A DNA stretch of 64,000 nt from the NCBI GenBank assembly GCA_964016885.1, contig OZ024758.1, positions 1,550,001-1,614,000 on the forward strand, read 5' to 3'. Made by a program: the position numbers and the translations under genes. The stretch comes from Eledone cirrhosa. Its lineage: Eukaryota. How positions within the stretch are numbered: position 1 is the first letter of the stretch; every line of letters starts with the position of its first letter. A model generated the notes under the pieces. That model saw only the letters and a program-made list of their open reading frames with translations. It made no database searches and was not told where the DNA came from. Shown in pieces: positions 56,834 through 64,000 of this stretch.

Positions 56834-57097
56834 ATAAATGTGTGTGTATATATATATATATATATACAAATATAAATTTAGCGAGAATCGCATTTCGGCG
56901 GGTAGAACTTAGCGAAACGCAACTTCCGTATATATATATAAGCAACGGAGAATCAGTGGTGCGACGAATAAGATTTATTAGACATATTATAATCTTTTCT
57001 CTAGCGACCAGCTCGAGGCACGATTGATGCAATGATCGAACCTGACTCTGATACATCTCGATTCTACGAAGCAGAGTTTCCAATTATATTTTTCTTT

Positions 57098-57155
57098 TTA
57101 GTCCAGAATTAGCCGTCGAAACGGCTTGAGCTCAGCCGTCGGGATCCTACTCGTT

Positions 57156-57160
<5 letters not shown>
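57098..57160 (+). mobile_element. Family 2 single arm
   Basis: TAGTCCAGAATTAGCCGTCGAAACGGC..GTTCC then (TA)n; a similar single arm lies at 8930-8992. Confidence 0.8.
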
Positions 57161-57204
<44 letters not shown>

Positions 57205-57846
57205 CATACATACTGTTTAGTATAATAGATACATTTCTTGTGAACACTGTGTCAGAAACCGTTATTTATACTTCTTTAAGAGGACGGCGGATTGTCAGAA
57301 CAGTTAATACATCGGATAAAATCCTTTGTGGTATTTGTTCTCTGCGGAAATGTTGCCGAGTTCAATTGTGATTTCATCCTTTCGAGGTCGATAAAATGAA
57401 ATACCAATCAGATACTCTGATCGATACAATGAGCCCCTCCACCTCCTTCCCGAATTATTGACCACGTACTTAAGATAGAAACCATTTATTGCTGTATACA
57501 TAGATTAGGATATTGTATAAATAAAATGTACTTATATAGATTTTCTTATCTTATATAATACAATATTTATTTAAAAGAGAAATAACGATCTCAGTAAATA
57601 TATCTCGTCTAATTCTAATTCTGAAACTCTTGTGTTCTTTTAAAGCGACTATTCAACTCATTTAAAATACAAATGTGCTTTATAGATCTAAACATTACAG
57701 TTTCCGTGTCTGATGTGAATAATAACATTCAATTATAGTCAACTGTTTTCCATTCTAACAAATATAAAAAAGAATAAAAAATACGTCTGAAACAATATCC
57801 TGAATTTATTATGTTACTCTGTATAATAGAAAGAAAAGGCTGCGAA

Positions 57847-58447
57847 TTGGCAGAGTGGTTAGAACGTCGGGTAGAATGGCAGAGTGGTTAGAACGTCAGA
57901 TAGAATGGTAGAGTAGTTAGAACGTCGGATAGAATGGTAGAGTAGTTAGAACGTCAGATAAAATGGCAGTAGTTAGAACGTCAGATAGAATGGTAGAGTG
58001 GTTAGAACGTCGGATAGAATGGTAGAGTAGTTAGAACGTCAGATAAAATGGCAGTAGTTAGAACGTCAGATATAATGGTAGAGTGGTTAGAACGTCAGAT
58101 AGAATGGTAGAGTAGTTAGAACGTCAGATAGAATGGCAGTAGTTAGAACGTCAGATATAATGGTAGAGTGGTTAGAACGTCAGATAGAATGGTAGAGTAG
58201 TTAGAACGTCAGATAGAATGGCAGAGTAGTTAGAACGTCAGATAAAATGGCAGTAGTTAGAATGTCAGATAGAATGGTAGAGTGGTTAGAACGTCGGATA
58301 GAATGGTAGAGTAGTTAGAACGTCAGATAAAATGGCAGTAGTTAGAACGTCAGATAGAATGGTAGAGTGGTTAGAACGTCGGATAGAATGGTAGAGTGGT
58401 TAGAACGTCAGATAGAATGGTAGAGTGGTTAGAACGTCAGATAGAAT
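57847..58447 (+). repeat. 26/29-bp tandem array x~21 of the SINE A head (A-box region)
   Basis: TGGTAGAGTGGTTAGAACGTCAGATAGAA; the SINE body with B-box follows at 58448-58560. Confidence 0.9.
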
Positions 58448-58631
58448 GTTTTATGGCATTCGTTCTGACTCTCTGCTCTCTTAGTTCAAATCCTGCCGAG
58501 GTCAACTTTGCTTTTCATCCTTTCGAGGTTGATAAAAAAAAGTACCAGTCTAATACTGGGTGGATTCTTCCTCTATATCTCTTTCTCATTTCCACTCTCG
58601 CTCTCTCTCCCTCTCTCTCCCTCTCTCTCCC

Positions 58632-58675
<44 letters not shown>

Positions 58676-59167
58676 TTTCTATCTTTCTCTGGAAGAAATC
58701 TGTTGTACTCAGGCCTGGAGAGGGGTGGGTTCTGTCTGGCTTAAAATGCCTAAGAAACCCCCGTAAGCCGATAATGTGCCCCTACGAATCCATCAGGAGT
58801 TAGGGTACCATAACATACCATTACAGAATATATGTGTAGATTTTACTAAATTCTGTATGGACCTGTAACTCCTGGAAGATTCGTAAGTGTGCCATATTGA
58901 CACACTTACGGCATTTTTAGGGCACACTTAGGGCATTTTTAGGGCACACTTACGGCATTTTTAGGGCACACTTAGGGCATTTTTAGGGCACACTTAGGCA
59001 TTTTTAAATCCCGGTGGAGCCAATCGTCTCTCCGGGTCTGAATACAGCAGATTTCTTCCAGGGAAGAATAGAAAGTGAGAGAAAGAAATAAGAGATATAG
59101 AGGAGGAATCGACCCCAGTACTAGTCTGGTATTTTTTTATCGACCGCGATTAGATGAAAGGTAACAT

Positions 59168-59325
59168 AGCCACACATCTGTCCCAGCGGTTCTCCCATTG
59201 CTGGATACACTTTCTGGAATGCTATGCAGCTCCACCATCACTTTTCTCATAATTTCTTTTAACGACTCAAAGCGGTTCCCTTTCAGCGTGGTTTTCAAAT
59301 TAGGGAAGAACGAGAAGTCCCACGT
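59168..59325 (-). pseudogene. Mariner transposase C-terminal fragment
   Basis: DFSFFPNLKTTLKGNRFESLKEI..ELHSIPE, then frameshift to KCIQQWENRWDRCV. Confidence 0.85.
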
Positions 59326-59374
59326 TCCCAATTCCCAAAAATCTACCATGCGCCCTGGAGGCCAAAGGTTGTTT

Positions 59375-59465
59375 ATCATTCTTTTTTTTTTTTTCAAATT
59401 TTTGGTTGTCAAATTTAGGGTGCGTCCTCGAGGATGAAGCGTCTTAGGCGCCGGGAAATACGGTA
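59375..59465 (-). mobile_element. Probable pogo/Tc1-type transposon end
   Basis: Minus strand TA-CCGTATTTCCCGGCGCCTAAGACGC with repeated GACGC subterminal motif. Confidence 0.45.
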
Positions 59466-59942
59466 TGTGATCGTTATTCTGAGCCGAAGAGAGAGAAACC
59501 AATTTGCACGAGAGTCAAATAAAAGCAAAGATAAAGAATTAGAGCTTGATATATCTTTGCTTGAGAATTTAGCAATTTTTGGAAGAGAAAGTGTTAAATT
59601 CGAAAGAATCTTTTAATTTATTATATTCCCATGGAACTCTTCCAGAGCTGACAGCTTTTAATCCTTTACTTTCATTTCATTCTTCTTGATATTGTTATTG
59701 TCTTTATTTCTTTATTTCTTTACTTGTGTCTTCTTCTTCTTCTTCTTCTTCTTCTTCTTCTTTGTGACATTAATGGATTTTTCATCAGTCGAAGTTAATA
59801 TCAAGATTTTAGTTGTGTTATTTAAAGCAGTGTTGAGAGAATGTTGTAGAAAATTTGACAAACGAAAAGAAGCACTCAGTTTTATTGTGCAGTGAAGTAA
59901 TGTTCCGTTATAGTGTCAACATGAATTATATCAACAGCCAGC

Positions 59943-60405
59943 TATTACAACAACAACAGCGGCAACAACAACAACAACAACAACAGCAGCAACAACAGCA
60001 ACAGAAACAACAACAACAGCAGCAACAACAACAACAACAACAGCAACAACGGCAACAACAACAACAACAACAACAACAATAACAACAGCAACAATAACAA
60101 CAGCAACAGCAACCACAGCAACAACAATAACAACAGCAACAATAACAACAATAACAACAGCAACAATAACAACAATAACAACAGCAACAATAACAACAAT
60201 AACAACAGCAACAATAACAACAACAACAACAACATCATCACCATCATCATCGGCAACATCAATAACAATAACAATAACAACCACCACCACCACATCATCA
60301 TCACCATCATCACCATCATCATCAGCAGCAACAACAACAACAACAACATCATCATCATCACCATCACCACCATCATCAGCAACAACAAAAACAACAATAC
60401 CATCA
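59943..60405. repeat. (CAA/CAG/CAT)n compound microsatellite
   Basis: Source of poly-Q/L/V ORFs. Confidence 0.95.
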
Positions 60406-60414
60406 CCAAATACA

Positions 60415-60905
60415 CGACCCTTTACGGTGTGAGTTCAAATCCCGCCAAGGTTAGCTTTACTTTTCATCCTCAAGGGGGTCGATAAATAAAGTACCAGTAA
60501 CGCAGTGGGGTCGATTTAATCGACTTTTTCCTTCTCTCAAAATTGTTGGCTTTGTGTCTAAATCAGAAACCAATATATATAAACCTATTGTATATGGGTT
60601 CATATGTATGTAAGGTCCCGTAACTCCTGATGGGGTTTTATGGGCGCCATCTTGACATACGGTGATTCAGGGTCATTTTAAAACCTGACGAGGCCCAACT
60701 TATCTCCAGCAGTTTCTTTTGAAGAAGGATAGAAAGAGAGGGGGGATATAGAGGAAGAATTGATCCCCAGTATGAAACTGGTAATTTTTTATCGACCTCG
60801 AAATGATGAAAGGCTACGTTGACCTCGTCGGAATTTGAACTCAGAGAACAGAGAATCGAAATGAATACCACAAAGCATTTTATCCGATGTTCTAACAACT
60901 CTGTA
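60415..60905. mobile_element. Two opposed SINE A copies (+ 60415-60572; - 60750-60905)
   Basis: Core and B-box matches. Confidence 0.75.
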
Positions 60906-61835
60906 CCAGTTCATATACACTTTTAATATCCAACTAGTCTCAGTTTAACATGTTATTAAATGGCTATAACACTTTATTAGAATTGCTTTCAAGCTGGTCA
61001 TTAGACTAGGCTGTCTTGAAATACATTATTTGTATAAACGACTCGTCAGGAAATTTTGCAATGATTTTTTCCAAGATTTCTCAAATAAGTCACACAGTTT
61101 ATGTATGGTTATATGTGAAGTTACAGGAAAGTTATTGTCTGAATTATGTCTTCTTCAAGAGCATTGGCTCCATAAGTAAAGAGAAATGGTTATAACCTAG
61201 AAGAGAAAGTAGTAGTCAAAGAAGGAGATTGCTCGTTGAAAACTTACTACTTATTTTCCAAAGTGGTTGCTACATTCTCATCTAAGAAAGCAATAAGACG
61301 CCTGAAACAATTAGTAAGGCAGCATTAACAAACAAGCAAATAACAGCAAACGAGGGGAAAAAACACAATACAATACATGAACGTGCATTTACACGAACAT
61401 AGAAACATGTTAACTGCAAACAAAAGATTAAATAAAGAGAGAAAAAAAACAAAAGAAAAAGAATGAAAAAAAAACAAATAGATCATATGCAAATGAGAAA
61501 CAAAACAAATCCGAAAGAAAAAATTCAATTAGAAATAACCAAATTCGTTGAATGATTATAGTGTTGCACGATATATAACAACATTAATGGATTCCATTTT
61601 AAGACTAAATGTGTTATAAATAAGACAGCGACCTTCGATGAAAGCCTATTAATGAAACTTTTAAAAAATATCCTCTGAGAAATTGAGGCTGCAGCAAGAG
61701 GCAGTAATTTATATTTAAACACCATGTCAGACTATAAATAGGTTGCAAGCCAAGGAAACGCCGCAACATGTTTAATATACTCGCTAGGCTAGAAATAATA
61801 GGTCAATTTCCCTAAAATCACACAGTGGTCTTGGG

Positions 61836-62645
61836 AGAAGAAACTCTCAGGAGAGCTGGACAGCAGAAGTTCTTCAGAGAAGAAACTCTCGGGAGAGCTG
61901 GACAGCAGAAAGTCTTCAGAGAAGAAACTCTCAGGAGAGCTGGACAGCAGAAAGTCTTTAGAGAAGAAACTCACAGGAGAGCTGGACAGCAGAAGGTCTT
62001 CAGAGAAGAAACTCTCAGGAGAGCTGGACAGCAGAAAGTCTTTAGAGAAGAAACTCACAGGAGAGCTGGACAGCAGAAGTTCTTCAGAGAAGAAACTCTC
62101 AGGAGAACTGGACAGCAGAAAGTCTTTAGAGAAGAAACTCACAGGAGAGCTGGACAGCAGAAGGTCTTTAGAGAAGAAACTCACAGGAGAGCTTGACAGC
62201 AAGCAGAAGGTCTTTAGAGAAGAAACTCACAGGAGAGCTGGACAGCAGAAGGTCTTTAGAGAAGAAACTCACAGGAGAGCTGAACAGCAAAAGGTCTTCA
62301 GAGAAGAAACTCTCAGGAGAGCTGGACAGCAGAAGGTCTTCAGAAAAGAAACTCACAGGAGAGCTGGACAGCAGAAGGTCTTCAGAGAAGAAACTCTCAG
62401 GAGAGCTGAACAGCAAGCAGAAGGTCTTTAGAAAAGAAACTCACAGGAGAGCTGGACAGCAGAAGGTCTTTAGAAAAGAAACTCACAGGAGAGCTGAACA
62501 GCAATGGGTCTTCAGAGAAGAAACTCTCAGGAGAGCTGAACAGCAGAAGGTCTTTAGAAAAGAAACTCACAGGAGAGCTGAACAGCAGAAGGTCTTCAGA
62601 GAAGAAACTCCCAGGAGAGCTGGACAGGGGGTCTTTAGAGAAGAA
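61836..62645. repeat. 42-bp minisatellite x~19
   Basis: AGAGAAGAAACTC(T/A)CAGGAGAGCTGGACAGCAGAAGGTCTT(C/T), with occasional 4-bp insertions. Confidence 0.95.
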
Positions 62646-62889
62646 GCCAGCACCACCACCACACACTCAAGCAAGTGATTCGGCTCTTTCTAACTTGTTA
62701 CAAAATACAAAGTTTTGATAATATCATCTTAGGTTCCTTGCCCTTAAAAAAGATGAGATGGTTTTGACTGTAATGTATGATACAACAACTAACGGTGACC
62801 ATTTCCTTATAGTGCGAGTTTAATCTACAGTAATACTAACACGGAGAGATGAATATGAATATATATATATATATATATATATACTGTAT

Positions 62890-62939
<50 letters not shown>

Positions 62940-62941
<2 letters not shown>

Positions 62942-63098
62942 CGAAGGAAATGTGGTAAGGAACCAGGTGGACCATAACGCACCAAAGTACTCAATACTTG
63001 AGGTAGTAGAGTGGGTAATAGGAACCAGTAAGACCCCGACAGCTGAGCTCAAGCCGTTTCGACGGCTTGAGCTCAGCTGTCGGGGTCTTACTGGTTCA
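62940..63098 (-). mobile_element. Fold-back element family 2
   Basis: Same private variants as 43944-44140 but a different hairpin apex. Confidence 0.88.
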
Positions 63099-63175
63099 TA
63101 TATATATATATATATATATATAGTATTAATATATAAGGAACAAAGAATCAGTGTTGCAGTATATACATATTTATT

Positions 63176-63260
63176 ACATATTACATATGTTTCACTGTCG
63201 ATAAACCCAAGGAACGATCAATTAATGATCGAACCTGACTCGAAAGCTCCTCAGATATGT
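63176..63260 (-). ncRNA. Type I hammerhead ribozyme with extended stem II
   Basis: Minus strand: ACATAT-CTGAGGA-[GCT/AGT, TCGA/TCGA, AGG/CCT, CGATCA/TGATCG]-GAAA-C-ATAT-GT-A|ATATGT. Degenerate relative at 56940-57050. Confidence 0.8.
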
Positions 63261-63319
63261 TTTAATATGCAAACTCGCGTCTGAGACGTGAGCCTGCATA
63301 TTTTATATATATATATATA

Positions 63320-63432
63320 AGTTTATCCCGGGTTCAGCCGGGGGGGTAACCACAGTAAGTAAGTTACTCAATACAAAGCAGAGTATAAATATTTAAGATA
63401 GAAAGGCTTCTACAGGACTAGAACTGTTTCAA
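63320..63432 (-). mobile_element. Family 1 element, 5'-truncated
   Basis: Tail plus the stem III half of the hammerhead. Confidence 0.75.
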
Positions 63433-63897
63433 TCTGTATTCTAGTACAATATACTTAATGAATCAACACTAAATATACACACGCATTTATATAAGAAAGA
63501 AAAACACATACATTTCTCTAAACTACTAATACTTATCTCAAGTTGACATAAAACCAAGTTAACAGACAGGTGTAAAAAACAATGTTATTGTGTACGTCTA
63601 CAAATGTTATTAAATTATGTCATAATTCATGTTATAATTTCATTTCATTGTTTTTATATTAAACATATCTAAGGAAAATCTTCTCAGACAAATGCAAAGA
63701 ATGATTTATATTTCTGCTTTGAATTCATCTAAAACGGAGATATGGAAAGTTTTATTGAAAAGAAAATATTATTGAGGAAACAAGTAAAACGTTATCGATC
63801 AGGTCTATCTGCTCTCTGAGGTCAAATTCCGCCGAGGTCAACTTTTCCTTTCATCATTTTGCGGTCGATACCAATTCAATACTGGGGTCAATTCTTC

Positions 63898-63967
<70 letters not shown>

Positions 63968-64000
63968 CGGGATATATATATATATATGAGGGAGAGAAAG

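Noticed and set aside
61789-62678. 14-aa repeat protein
   Set aside because: 42-bp minisatellite with 4-bp insertions that shift the frame, and no unique coding flanks.

Overview
Eukaryotic, AT-rich and repeat-saturated DNA with no recognisable host gene. The mix of tRNA-derived SINEs with a Nin/Deu-like core, CORE-like SINEs, abundant microsatellites and LINE relics suggests an octopus/cephalopod genome (inference). Nearly all track ORFs are microsatellite or minisatellite artefacts. The real coding remnants are transposon-derived: a Tx1/L1-clade 3' ORF2 fragment (52511-53725), a CRE-type restriction-like endonuclease fragment (33106-33410), two RTE fragments and a mariner transposase fragment. 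The main unexplained structure is at least six sequence-unrelated families of short (about 100-350 bp) elements embedded in (TA)n. Most carry a type I hammerhead ribozyme with a palindromic loop III, and many are fold-back palindromes. They also share a downstream bulged hairpin (ACUC - variable stem-loop - UN bulge - GAGUR) whose upper stem covaries. They look like Penelope-like terminal repeats or retrozymes. The most abundant family (12 copies) has a hammerhead-shaped fold with a non-canonical core. All structures were read by eye; no folding or database search was run.
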